From IMG/VR virus record IMGVR_UViG_3300005098_000230: a stretch of DNA of 20,000 bases; one strand, 5' to 3'. Within the stretch, counting starts at the first letter, position 1. Each line of letters begins with the position of its first letter. The notes beneath the pieces are model-generated. The model saw nothing but the letters and a program-made list of their open reading frames with translations, did not search any database and had not been told where the DNA came from. Position numbers and translations under genes: made by a program. The DNA is from an uncultured virus (IMG/VR IMGVR_UViG_3300005098_000230) (lineage: Duplodnaviria; Heunggongvirae; Uroviricota; Caudoviricetes). Positions 1 through 9,029 of the stretch are shown one piece after another.

Positions 1-1757
1 AACCGGGCGTAGGCGCTGTTGTAGACCGTGTCCAGGTAGACATCAACGTCAATGTCTATCAGTAGAGGATTGGATAAGGCAATGCAGAGGAAGTCGCTGG
101 TGGTGAACATACCGCCACCCGTGACATCTTTAGGTTTAGGTGTGGTGAATTGCTTGTATGCTGTGAGGTCTGGATACAGACTATTAGCATTCACACCATC
201 CTGATCGGCGGAGTTCCATTCTACGAAGTCGTCTGTTTCTCTGCTTGCATTAGTCATTACCTCATCAAATGCGAAGACCGGCATCCAGTTATAGTCTTCG
301 TAGCCATCAAACCCCTCATCATCCAGCAGTGTACTGCCCCCAATGCGCTCCCACAGCAAGTCAACGCGGTTAGTGAAGCGAGGGTCGAGTGTGAGAAAGT
401 CAGTGCCCAGGGGCGTTGCCAGTCTTAGGAATTGGAGAGTGTCCTGGCTCACGATATGACAGACCTCCCCAGAGAAACTCTCCAAAAGAAGTTTCTCGTT
501 GTTATCCACTCCCTCACTACCGCAATCTATCTGGAGCACATGCTCATCCACTGGTAGGAGCATGAGGAAGTCAATGTCGAAAGAGGAGTTGTCAGTGGTA
601 GAGTCACCAGCAGCCCGGGTAACACGAACATCTATGTAGGCAGCGATAGATTCGCTATCGGACACCTCAGTGGGCGGCATCTCGACCTCACCAATGATGA
701 AAACCATGAAAGTCCCAGTGCCAGAGAGGTAATTCACCCCTGGGGTGATGGACTGAATTACCTCACCGGCGCGGTATTGGGCATCTATCGTCCAGTTGGC
801 GCGGTCGGCGTCGTTGACGCGGGCGACGATAGCGAGGGCCATACGCCCCCGATGGTAGGCTTCATTGGCGATGGTGAACCGCAGAGCTTGGGCAACACCG
901 TTCCACCCGCTTCCAAACGAGGCACGCTTGTAGTAACCCCTGTTGCGGCTGGCGTCGGACACATCTGACCAGACAGCGCCAGTAGATACATCGGCGGCAT
1001 CGCGAGCATCGTAGATGCTCACGAACTGGTCGAGGCCGGCAGTGCGGCGGGCAAGCCAGAGCGTACCGATTGCCTCACTAGCCCCCGTTTGGAGGTTGCG
1101 GATCCGAAGCTGGCATAGGGCAGGACTATCGCCCCCAATCTCAGATGAGGCAACAGTGAAATAGTTATATCTTCCAGCACTGGGGTCGTAACCGTTGTGC
1201 AGAATGGTGCGGTTGAGGGTGAGGGAAACAGGATTGTCAGGGTCGGAGGTCGCGTAGGGCTGGGTGTTGAGCGTCACATCCACGTTGAGAGCATAGACGT
1301 AGTTGGGACAGGTTTGGACAGGCGCAGCATCCCAGTTGTTTCCGCTGGCACGAGCAAGGCGTGGGACAGGACTCATCAAGTAATGGTAGTAGGTGCTACG
1401 GACACTGGCGTCCAAGTCGTCGGGTTTGTACTCCAGGGTGCCGCCGTCTGGATTGGTCACGGCCTGGCGCAGGGCATGGACTCGCTGTATCAGACTGGCT
1501 CGCGCTGCCGCAGCAGTAGCGCCGACACCGTGAACCACCACTCGAAAACTCACCTCCACCAGTGGGCCGTGGTAGCTGGACAGATCACCGCCGTCCATCC
1601 TCGGTCCCTCGGACAAGGCAATCTCCAGTCGCTTCTCCTCATTGAGGGTGAGGGTGGCAAGGTTTACCACGTAGTCCTCTACAGTCGGGTCGGCTCCAGA
1701 TGCAGGAAGCAGGTCAATGTCAGACAGACCTTCAGGGTGAAGGATCAGGATTGTCAT
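1..1757 (-). CDS. Distal tail (Dit-like)/minor tail protein, truncated at the window edge (>585 aa)
   Basis: Absent from the ORF track because there is no stop in the window. Manual translation from ATG 1757, which overlaps the TMP stop as ATGA, reads MTILILHPEGLSDIDLL...VDVTLNTQPYATS...IGGDSPALCQLRI...FDIDFLMLLPVD... and stays open to base 1. It lies directly after the tape measure gene. Confidence 0.75.
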   Translation of the reverse strand, partial: MTILILHPEGLSDIDLLPASGADPTVEDYVVNLATLTLNEEKRLEIALSEGPRMDGGDLSSYHGPLVEVSFRVVVHGVGATAAAARASLIQRVHALRQAVTNPDGGTLEYKPDDLDASVRSTYYHYLMSPVPRLARASGNNWDAAPVQTCPNYVYALNVDVTLNTQPYATSDPDNPVSLTLNRTILHNGYDPSAGRYNYFTVASSEIGGDSPALCQLRIRNLQTGASEAIGTLWLARRTAGLDQFVSIYDARDAADVSTGAVWSDVSDASRNRGYYKRASFGSGWNGVAQALRFTIANEAYHRGRMALAIVARVNDADRANWTIDAQYRAGEVIQSITPGVNYLSGTGTFMVFIIGEVEMPPTEVSDSESIAAYIDVRVTRAAGDSTTDNSSFDIDFLMLLPVDEHVLQIDCGSEGVDNNEKLLLESFSGEVCHIVSQDTLQFLRLATPLGTDFLTLDPRFTNRVDLLWERIGGSTLLDDEGFDGYEDYNWMPVFAFDEVMTNASRETDDFVEWNSADQDGVNANSLYPDLTAYKQFTTPKPKDVTGGGMFTTSDFLCIALSNPLLIDIDVDVYLDTVYNSAYAR

Positions 1758-4700
1758 GCAATACCTCCAGGAACAGCAGCGCGGGCAGTGGCCACGTCAA
1801 CGCTGGCTTGAATCTCCGTCAAGAAATCGCGGGCATCGCGCCCATCGCGCACGCCAGGGAACACTGGGTTTTGGATGTAGATAACAGTAGACGAACCTCC
1901 TGCTCCAGCCACAGCAGGAGCGAGGGCAGGCATGGCAGGCGTGAGACTAGCATGGAAGCGTGACATGGCAGCCTCCAACCGGGGCACGGAAGTGCGGATG
2001 CTGGCAATAAGCGGGTCGGGTGCAAGAGACTCCCAGCGAATGGGGACTGAGAGCGGACCCGTCTTCGCTGGCGAGTGAGGGAATCTGTCGGCCACCTGGC
2101 CCAATACATCAGCCAGAGGCCCAAGTCGGGATTTGATCCCCTCGATGAGATTGTTGATCAGGTTTGCCCCCCAATCTTTCATCCGCCCCACGAGCTCGGC
2201 GAAGATTTTTTCGAGTTTGTCTCCCAAGCCCGCGAATATCGCCAGCATGTCGTCCACGAGGTCTGGGATGATGCTGCCCCCAACAAGGTCGTGGTAGAGG
2301 TTCTCGAAGAAGCCAATGATACCTTGAATGACTTGCTCAATGATGGTCAACACTATCGTCTTGAGCTGCATGAAGGTGGTCTCGATGTCTCGGCGCAGTT
2401 TGGTTATGACACCACCAGAGCCGGTGATGGCGATCCATAATCCCTCCAACAGGCCCAGCAGGGTACCACATAGCGCCTCGATCAGGCCGAGCACGACCCG
2501 TGATGCGCCTTCCAGCATGTCACTCAAACCTTGCCAGAGTTCATCCCATAGTTGGTGAGCGCGTGCTTTGGCCCCCTCTAAATCCCCAGTCAGAACTTTG
2601 TAGAGGATTTCAAGAGCACCGACAAACCCTCCAACCATGACTGCAACAAGTCCACCCAGATATTGCACCAGTCCACCCAGCGCCTCACCGAGACCAGGCA
2701 GGGCAGCACCGATGGCGTTGAGCGCAGCAAGGAGAGTACCAGCCAGCAGAAGCGCGAGATACCCTAAGAGTTTGAGCAGATCGCGCAGGGCGTTATCCCA
2801 CGACCGCAAGCTCTCAACGTGCAGGTTGGAGACGAAGCCCTTAGCCCCCTCAACAAGTGTGTTGAAAACGAGCGTGAGCCGGTCGCCAGCAGCCTCCAGT
2901 TGGTCAAGGTAGGGGATTTTCCTCTTGAGATCGTCGAGCCAGTTGGTAAGCCTCTCGGCCAGAGTGGTGGGCAGGGATTGGAGTGCTGCTTTCCACTCCG
3001 CGATCATCTCCCGCGCTTTCTGCCTGGCTTCCTCGAACCGTTCAGAAAGCGTGCTGGAGATGGAGAGAAGTGAACCCATCTCCTCCGTTCCTGTGACCTC
3101 GGGTTTGATGGCGGGTCGAGCCTTCACCTCTTCTGGTAGCTCCAGATCAATTTTGAGAGGGGTTTTGGAAATCTTTTTAAGGGCCTTCTCGATGCCCTCC
3201 AGCGTGTGTAGGAGTTCCAACTGGAGATCAAGGCCGGCCTGCCGCTGTTGTAGGAACTTCTCTTGTAGTGCCAGTTGCTCACCAGCAGCATCGGCCTCTT
3301 TCTGAGCAAGAGAGAGCTTCTTCTTGAGCTCAGCGGGTACGAAGCCTTTGGCCTCTGCCTCAGCTACTTCATCCTGCACGGCCTTGAGCTTGTCCTGTGC
3401 CTGGGTGAACTTCATTTGAAGTTCAAGGAGCTTGGCCAGCTCATCGCCGCCTTCGCCCAGCGCCTCAGCAAACTTGCGCAGGGACTCAGTGGGTATTTGC
3501 CCTGTGCGCCTGAATTCGTCTATTAGGGCGGCCACCTGAGCACGGGTCTCAGCGATCTTGCCGGGGAGCTTCTCAATGGGGATTTCGTGCATCTGAGCCA
3601 GACCACGCAGGTACCGCTCAATAGGTTGCAGTGACCTCTCTAGGATGCTATAGTCAGCCAGAGAGAAGCCCCGCAGATAGGTCTCCATCAAGTTCTGCGC
3701 CCAAATGATGATGTCCTTTAGCGGACCTTCTTTGGGCGGGGAGAAAGAGGCCAGGAAGTTGGAGATGGTTTGGCCAACGTAGTTCATCGCAGCCTGAATC
3801 GCATCAGCCACACCATTGATGATCCCTTGTGCGTAGCTGGCGATCAGGTTGTAGCCCCAAGTGAGAGCACGGGATACCCAGTCCTCCCAGATAATAATGA
3901 TCATAGCCAGAGCGTTTTCCATGACCTGCTGGAGGTTGGCAGTAGCGGCAGGGAAATCGCCCTGTAGGGCATGGATGACAGCGTTGATCACCAAGAGCAC
4001 ATTGCTCAACCCTACACGAACGAGCTCCAGGAAGCGTTGCCACGTTTCTGCGAGACTGGGCAAGCCAGATTGAGCCTGCATCATCATTCCAAAGCCAGTC
4101 GCAGCCTCTTTTACCCGTTGGATGACACCACCAATAGCAGTCCCCAGGGTAGACAGAAGCCGTTTCAGCGCATCCAGAATCTGGGGTAGCTTGAAGCCCA
4201 AGACAGAGCGCAGCTGGTCAAGGTAGGGCTGGGCCTGAGTCCATCCAGATTGGATTGTGGAGACAATGCCGCCGAAGAACTCCTTGAACTTGCCCCATCC
4301 TCCCATCACCGCTGATTTGATACCCTCAGTGAATTTGCGGATCGAGGGGCCAATCTTGTCGAAGAGCTTTTTGATGGACTTCAACACATCAGTGAGGATC
4401 AGCACCGCAGTAGACAGCAAGGGGATGAAACCGCGACCGATGGCGAGCTGCGCCTCCTCGATGTACCGGGGGAGAGAGCCTAGCTGCTTACCCACCGACC
4501 CCATCGCTTTCTCGTAAGCGCCGGCGTAGGGGGCGGCCTTCTCCAAGATAGCATTCATCATGGCCTGCTGGCGCTCGCTTGCCGTCAGTGCATCGGCAGT
4601 TTTGCCTATGGACTTAGCGTACTTATCCGCTATCTCAGAGGCATAGATATTGATGCCAATGGCACGGAGAAGCTCTGTGTTGCCGCTCAGAATAGCGTAT

Positions 4701-5290
4701 GTGAACCGCTGGAAAACTTCTGAGGAGTTGCGCCCGAAAACGACGGCCATGTCCTGGCCGGCGCGAGCCAACTTCTCAATGTTCTCGATGGGCAGATTGT
4801 TGGTGAGGAACTGGGAGATAGACGCGATAGACTGGCGGGTGGTGATACCAGTGTGCTTGAGCGTTTCGACCTTCTCTCGCACAAAGTCAACACTGTACCC
4901 CGCGTTGGTCGCCATGACGCTCAGGGTTTCCTCTAGCTTCTCCACCTCAGCAGCAATGCGGGTGGGCTGAGCGATCATCTGGGCGAGAGACTGGGAGACT
5001 GTACCGATGGCCTGGCCCATAGCCACGCCAAAGGCCATGCGCATGACACCGCCGAGGTTGCCGAAAGCACCAGTGAGTTTGCCCACAATCCCGCCGAGCA
5101 TGTTGAGGGGATTAGCAAGACGGAATGCCTGTCCAACGAGTCCACGAAAGACAGAGAGTAATCCCCCTACCCCCTTGACTCCAGACAGTTTACCCAGAGA
5201 TTCGACGCCCGCTTTGGCCTGTTCGAGACCTTTGGGCTCGAACTCCGAGAGTATCTTTAGCAGAACATCACGCGACATTCCGGGTGGCAT
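1754..5290 (-). CDS. Tail tape measure protein (1178 aa)
   Basis: Long Ala/Gly/Leu-rich helical ORF with periodic W/F residues and TMP-like motifs (FSPPKEGPL, GGSIIPDL, FPHSPAKTGPL). It follows the tail tube and chaperone genes. Confidence 0.93.
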   Translation of the reverse strand: MPPGMSRDVLLKILSEFEPKGLEQAKAGVESLGKLSGVKGVGGLLSVFRGLVGQAFRLANPLNMLGGIVGKLTGAFGNLGGVMRMAFGVAMGQAIGTVSQSLAQMIAQPTRIAAEVEKLEETLSVMATNAGYSVDFVREKVETLKHTGITTRQSIASISQFLTNNLPIENIEKLARAGQDMAVVFGRNSSEVFQRFTYAILSGNTELLRAIGINIYASEIADKYAKSIGKTADALTASERQQAMMNAILEKAAPYAGAYEKAMGSVGKQLGSLPRYIEEAQLAIGRGFIPLLSTAVLILTDVLKSIKKLFDKIGPSIRKFTEGIKSAVMGGWGKFKEFFGGIVSTIQSGWTQAQPYLDQLRSVLGFKLPQILDALKRLLSTLGTAIGGVIQRVKEAATGFGMMMQAQSGLPSLAETWQRFLELVRVGLSNVLLVINAVIHALQGDFPAATANLQQVMENALAMIIIIWEDWVSRALTWGYNLIASYAQGIINGVADAIQAAMNYVGQTISNFLASFSPPKEGPLKDIIIWAQNLMETYLRGFSLADYSILERSLQPIERYLRGLAQMHEIPIEKLPGKIAETRAQVAALIDEFRRTGQIPTESLRKFAEALGEGGDELAKLLELQMKFTQAQDKLKAVQDEVAEAEAKGFVPAELKKKLSLAQKEADAAGEQLALQEKFLQQRQAGLDLQLELLHTLEGIEKALKKISKTPLKIDLELPEEVKARPAIKPEVTGTEEMGSLLSISSTLSERFEEARQKAREMIAEWKAALQSLPTTLAERLTNWLDDLKRKIPYLDQLEAAGDRLTLVFNTLVEGAKGFVSNLHVESLRSWDNALRDLLKLLGYLALLLAGTLLAALNAIGAALPGLGEALGGLVQYLGGLVAVMVGGFVGALEILYKVLTGDLEGAKARAHQLWDELWQGLSDMLEGASRVVLGLIEALCGTLLGLLEGLWIAITGSGGVITKLRRDIETTFMQLKTIVLTIIEQVIQGIIGFFENLYHDLVGGSIIPDLVDDMLAIFAGLGDKLEKIFAELVGRMKDWGANLINNLIEGIKSRLGPLADVLGQVADRFPHSPAKTGPLSVPIRWESLAPDPLIASIRTSVPRLEAAMSRFHASLTPAMPALAPAVAGAGGSSTVIYIQNPVFPGVRDGRDARDFLTEIQASVDVATARAAVPGGIA

Positions 5291-5340
5291 GACTACCCCT
5301 TAAGGGACGCCCCGCCGGGAGCGGGGCTGGACAATGGGTA

Positions 5341-5369
5341 TTGACAATGCACGTGCAATGTGGTATGAT
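5341..5369 (+). promoter_or_regulatory. Sigma70-type promoter of the moron gene
   Basis: TTGACA (5341-46), 17 bp spacer, TATGAT (5364-69) with an extended TG. SD AAGGAGG precedes ATG 5398. Confidence 0.85.
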
Positions 5370-5397
5370 GAGACTAAACGCCACAAGGAGGAACATC

Positions 5398-5577
5398 ATG
5401 GCTATGATTAACCGCTGCCCGCATTGCGGGAACACCGACATCAAGTGTCGCAAGAAGCACGCAGGTCTAGTTTTCTGGATTTTCGTGCTTATCTCGATGG
5501 GGTTGGCACTGATCATGTACCCCTTCCTCCCCGTCGAGTGCGTGTGCAAGAAGTGCGGCACACGCTGGCGGCCTTAA
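5398..5577 (+). CDS. Small LITAF-like zinc-ribbon membrane protein (59 aa), moron
   Basis: MAMINRCPHCG...hydrophobic LVFWIFVLISMGLALIMYPFL...CKKCGTRWRP, i.e. CxxC-hydrophobic-CxxC. It has its own promoter and SD and is on the opposite strand to the operon. Confidence 0.8.
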   Translation: MAMINRCPHCGNTDIKCRKKHAGLVFWIFVLISMGLALIMYPFLPVECVCKKCGTRWRP

Positions 5578-5960
5578 TCCTCTTCTAGCAGGTGCTTATA
5601 CTGCTCCCAGCGGGAGCCGAACATCATCCTCAGCTTAGCCTCCGAGAACTTGGGCGACTGTGGTCGCTCGCCCAAGTTGAAAAGGTGCTCGATCAGGTCG
5701 TCCAGGGCCTTGCTTGCTTTCTTGGCCGGACCTTTGGCGGCTAGTGCGCTGCTCAGCACCAAACGCATTCCAGCGAGGTGCAGGGCGGCAAGGCGGGCTG
5801 GATGCTGTCTCTGCTCCCGCTGGTACTCCAGGGCAGAAATGGCCATGTAGAGCACCTGGGGATAGGTGTACTCCCGCAGAGCTACGGGCGGGGGCACACA
5901 GAAGGGTGGGTACGCGCACAAGGAAACGAGGTAATCCTCGTCCGTTACCCACTCGTCTCC
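5574..5960 (-). CDS. Tail assembly chaperone second ORF (gpT-like), start uncertain, possibly expressed by frameshift
   Basis: Open -1 frame overlapping the upstream chaperone (…WVTDEDYLVSLCAYPPFCVPPPVALREYTYPQVLY…). There is no good start codon at the junction. It lies between the tail tube and TMP genes. Confidence 0.6.
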   Translation of the reverse strand, partial: GDEWVTDEDYLVSLCAYPPFCVPPPVALREYTYPQVLYMAISALEYQREQRQHPARLAALHLAGMRLVLSSALAAKGPAKKASKALDDLIEHLFNLGERPQSPKFSEAKLRMMFGSRWEQYKHLLEED

Positions 5961-6451
5961 CCAGATGCTTCTGCTTCCATCTCCCTCGCCTTCTTCTCCC
6001 CCTCCACCCTGGCTTGCAATGCCACCAGGCCCAGGCGGAGCAGGCTGGGTAGTAAAGGGAGAAGGTACTCCTTCGCCAACTCTTGAGCCCATTTGAGGCC
6101 GTTTAGCTCGATGAGGACCTGGAAGTTGTGCCAGATTTGTGGCCACGGTGCAGTTTTCACGTCCTCTTCCTCAAGGTCGGGAACCAGCACTTTCAGCAGC
6201 CTGTATGGTGCATCCACGAGGCTCTCGAAAGCGGACTTGGCATCATCGGCTGTGACTTCTTCTTTGTCCTCAAAGCCCTGAACTCCTGCGAAGAGATCAT
6301 CAAACAGGTCTTTGAAAAGCAACGTCCGCTCGGCGGTGGCAGGTTCTACGATGTACCGCTGAGTGCCGAATTCAAGGATCACCCTCTCCCTTCGCCAAAC
6401 GCGGCTTTTTACACCTTTGGGAACTTTCTCGTCTGCCCCCAGTTTAGCCAT
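5945..6451 (-). CDS. Tail assembly chaperone (gpG-like)
   Basis: 168 aa acidic helical ORF directly after the tail tube gene, with SD AGGGGGT. The call rests on position. Confidence 0.7.
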   Translation of the reverse strand: MAKLGADEKVPKGVKSRVWRRERVILEFGTQRYIVEPATAERTLLFKDLFDDLFAGVQGFEDKEEVTADDAKSAFESLVDAPYRLLKVLVPDLEEEDVKTAPWPQIWHNFQVLIELNGLKWAQELAKEYLLPLLPSLLRLGLVALQARVEGEKKAREMEAEASGETSG

Positions 6452-6469
6452 TACACCCCCCTATTCGGA

Positions 6470-7081
6470 TTAGTACTGCCAGATGTCGTAGGCGGCTACC
6501 TCGTTGCCATCCGAGTCTAGAATCTGCGGATCGGTGTAGACCTTGAGCGTCACACCAAACTCCATCGGATTGTCCTTGTCCCACACCCGTTGGGTTTCGT
6601 CGCCTGACCGCTTCGTGTAAGGAAAGATAGTGGCTGAAATCTTGTTGTTCTCATCGAAGTCGAGAACAGCCACGCGATAGACCGTCTCATCCTTGCGGTT
6701 GGTGTAGAACAAGCGATACTCGCTATTGACAGCATCATCGTTGAAGTCCACACCCTGCTTCACGAACTCCAAGACGGTCCGCGACCACTCTGCCGGCGTG
6801 ATCTCAACCGTGCGGTTGTAGTCTGACTTGCGGGTGTTGATGACTCCGAACTGCTGGGTGTCAATCTCGGTCACATCGAAGCCCTCGCTCTCAGTGACGG
6901 GCTGAGTGGTGATCCCAATGTCGAACCACCCATTAGCCGCCACAGGATCGTAGGTGGTCAAGCTGATGATGTCTGAGAGCTGCAAGGGATAGGACGTGAG
7001 GTAGCTCGACCGCTTCTGCAACAGAACGCGGGCGATCTTGATTTTGACATTCGCTTTGGTGCCACGATACTGACCAGCCAT
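6470..7081 (-). CDS. Major tail (tube) protein
   Basis: ~203 aa beta-rich protein (WFDIGITT, EIDTQQFG, MEFGVTLKVY) with strong SD AAGGAGGT, upstream of chaperones and TMP. The start may instead be GTG 7090. Confidence 0.8.
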   Translation of the reverse strand: MAGQYRGTKANVKIKIARVLLQKRSSYLTSYPLQLSDIISLTTYDPVAANGWFDIGITTQPVTESEGFDVTEIDTQQFGVINTRKSDYNRTVEITPAEWSRTVLEFVKQGVDFNDDAVNSEYRLFYTNRKDETVYRVAVLDFDENNKISATIFPYTKRSGDETQRVWDKDNPMEFGVTLKVYTDPQILDSDGNEVAAYDIWQY

Positions 7082-7099
7082 AGTAGGCACACCTCCTTG

Positions 7100-7591
7100 T
7101 TAGATACTTTGCTTACGATCCCGCTTGTTTGCGGGCCAGAAACGGAGCCAGCTATAGCGCCCTGCCCATTCCGGTGGACTGCCGCACAGGATACGAGCGT
7201 CGGGCTTGGGAATTGCCTGCGGTTTGCCTTTGACAAAGTAATAGACCATATAGGGTCGGCCCTCAACAGTGCATGAGTACGGGTTCTCCTCGAGGTCGCG
7301 GAGCACAATCTTGATCGTCTCCTCTTCAGGAAGTGGCTCGGCCCTTTTCTCCACCCTTTCCACCAGCCTCTGGATTACGCCCTCGTAGTACTCCGCATCG
7401 GGGTTGAATTGCTCATACTCCAACTCAGTCATGCCGTGCAAGGCTATATGTACTGGCGAGATGGGGTGAGGGAACTCCCGACCACAGACCTTGCATCGCA
7501 CAGTTTCCACGTGGGAAGTTTCTTCGGGTGCAGTCTCCTCCGCAGGCTGATTTTCCACAGTTTCCACGTGGGAAGTTTCTGCCTTTTTCAT
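7100..7591 (-). CDS. Hypothetical protein with C2H2 (Ros/MucR-like) zinc finger
   Basis: CKVCGREF...HIALHGMTELEY motif and a duplicated ETSHVETV peptide. SD AGAGGGGG precedes ATG 7591. Confidence 0.65.
   Translation of the reverse strand: MKKAETSHVETVENQPAEETAPEETSHVETVRCKVCGREFPHPISPVHIALHGMTELEYEQFNPDAEYYEGVIQRLVERVEKRAEPLPEEETIKIVLRDLEENPYSCTVEGRPYMVYYFVKGKPQAIPKPDARILCGSPPEWAGRYSWLRFWPANKRDRKQSI
7499..7580. repeat. Perfect 25-bp direct repeat with near-palindromic core
   Basis: CACAGTTTCCACGTGGGAAGTTTCT at 7499-7523 and 7556-7580. Confidence 0.9.
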
Positions 7592-7601
7592 AATGCCCCC
7601 T

Positions 7602-8159
7602 CTAACTGACAATGATTTCGGCGACTTGCCCAGCGACTCTCTGCAAATCGCGGACCAGGTCTTCTTCCAGTTCTTCGATCACGCGCTCGTGGACGGGATT
7701 GCCTTTGGTGCCTGGATGCCAGACGGCCCAGGCACGGCAGGGCTCTCCTGTGTCACGGTCGTACCACAGCAACGGGTATCCCTTAGCTTTCTGCACCGCC
7801 GCCGCGACCTCATAGGAGGTATTGCCTCCCACGGGAATACGGTGAGGCTTTGTTGGGTAGAGTACATAGTCACGGATGGGCGAGCGGTTGTCGAGGGTGA
7901 TGGTGCCTCGATAGTCGCCCTCATCATCCACCACAGCGTACCACTGCTGGTAGAAATGCTGGCGCGGCTCGGCCTTGCGCGGGTCTCGGTGGAGCGTGTC
8001 TTTGGGCGACTCATCCCGTGCAAGCTGCACCATGCGCTCAGCCCACTCCTCAGCGTACTGCCGGCGCATGTGCGCCGCGTGGTCAAGAGCGCGAGTAAAA
8101 CGGCCCGCTGCGTCGCGGTGCCCCTCAACCACTATGCGGATCAGGTCAGCCATACTCAC
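7602..8159 (-). CDS. HK97 gp10-like tail completion/neck protein
   Basis: Motifs SPKDT, YVLYPTKPHRI and VWHPGTKGNP resemble the gp10-family YVExGTxPHxI...VxHPGTxxxP pattern. Confidence 0.75.
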   Translation of the reverse strand: MSMADLIRIVVEGHRDAAGRFTRALDHAAHMRRQYAEEWAERMVQLARDESPKDTLHRDPRKAEPRQHFYQQWYAVVDDEGDYRGTITLDNRSPIRDYVLYPTKPHRIPVGGNTSYEVAAAVQKAKGYPLLWYDRDTGEPCRAWAVWHPGTKGNPVHERVIEELEEDLVRDLQRVAGQVAEIIVS

Positions 8160-8638
8160 ATCCTGTGTATTACTCCGAAGCGGAAGAGACGGCCTCGGAA
8201 TCGTTCCTCTGGCGGAGCCACCCGTGTCACAGCCGTGCGGAATGTGGAAGCCACATACCCGCGTGGGCAGGCTCCCCCCAGTGTGGGGTCGGCTTGGAGC
8301 ATCCTCCAGAATGCCTCCAAGTGACGGTCTACTGTCTTAGCCAACCGCTCGGCGTCTGTGTCTCGAAACCGCATCTCAACCTGAATGGTGGTTTGCCAGA
8401 AAATAGTCGCGGATGGTTGCTGAGCGGTCACGAACGGGCGCGTTTCCACATCGTAGACCAGCAGGTAGGGATACTGGCGCGACTCGTTGAACACCCCCTC
8501 GTCGGCGTATATTCGGCTCTTAAAGTCCCCTAGCGTGATGGGATCAGCAGCGTGCGCCGTTTCTGTATCTATCAAGTAGGTCTCGTAGTTGGCCTCGAAA
8601 TGGTCAAGAATGCCCTGCACGATGTCTTCAGGGTACAC
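8156..8638 (-). CDS. Putative tail terminator/neck protein
   Basis: ~160 aa with YPYLLVYD and ADPTLGG features, in the neck region. GTG 8638 follows GGAG (the ORF track starts it at 8677). Confidence 0.6.
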   Translation of the reverse strand: MYPEDIVQGILDHFEANYETYLIDTETAHAADPITLGDFKSRIYADEGVFNESRQYPYLLVYDVETRPFVTAQQPSATIFWQTTIQVEMRFRDTDAERLAKTVDRHLEAFWRMLQADPTLGGACPRGYVASTFRTAVTRVAPPEERFRGRLFRFGVIHRM

Positions 8639-9023
8639 GCTTATGCTCCGTTTCACTCCAGAGGTCTGCGAGATCAACGCCCGTCAGGACATTGAGCCGC
8701 TGGAGGATCAATCGGTTGCTCTCGGCTACCCGCTGCTCCAACCTCTCCAGGGCTTGTGCGAGTTGCATGTTGCTTTCACGAGAGGCGGCTATTTGTTGCT
8801 CAAGCGCAGCAAGGAATTGTGTTGTGACCTCCTTGCGCTCCCTTGTCGCTTCCTCAGCCTGTTTGCAGAGCCGGTCTAGTTCTCGCTGTTGCTGGTCAAT
8901 AAGGGCTTGATTTTTTCTCTCCAGCGCCGGCCAGAGCACTTTGTAGATTCCAAACAGACCAGCGATTAGGAAGGCAAAGGCTCCTATGTACTGTGCCAAT
9001 GCTGTTATGATTTGCTCGGACAT
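8628..9023 (-). CDS. Single-TM plus coiled-coil protein, holin-like (BhlA/UviB-like architecture)
   Basis: N-terminal hydrophobic helix YIGAFAFLIAGLFGIYKVLW followed by a Q/E/R-rich coiled coil. Confidence 0.5.
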   Translation of the reverse strand: MSEQIITALAQYIGAFAFLIAGLFGIYKVLWPALERKNQALIDQQQRELDRLCKQAEEATRERKEVTTQFLAALEQQIAASRESNMQLAQALERLEQRVAESNRLILQRLNVLTGVDLADLWSETEHKRVP

Positions 9024-9029
9024 ACTTCA

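Noticed and set aside
7503..7518. Canonical chromosomal parS call
   Set aside because: About five mismatches to the 16-bp consensus outside the CACGTG core. Kept only as a parS-like hypothesis.
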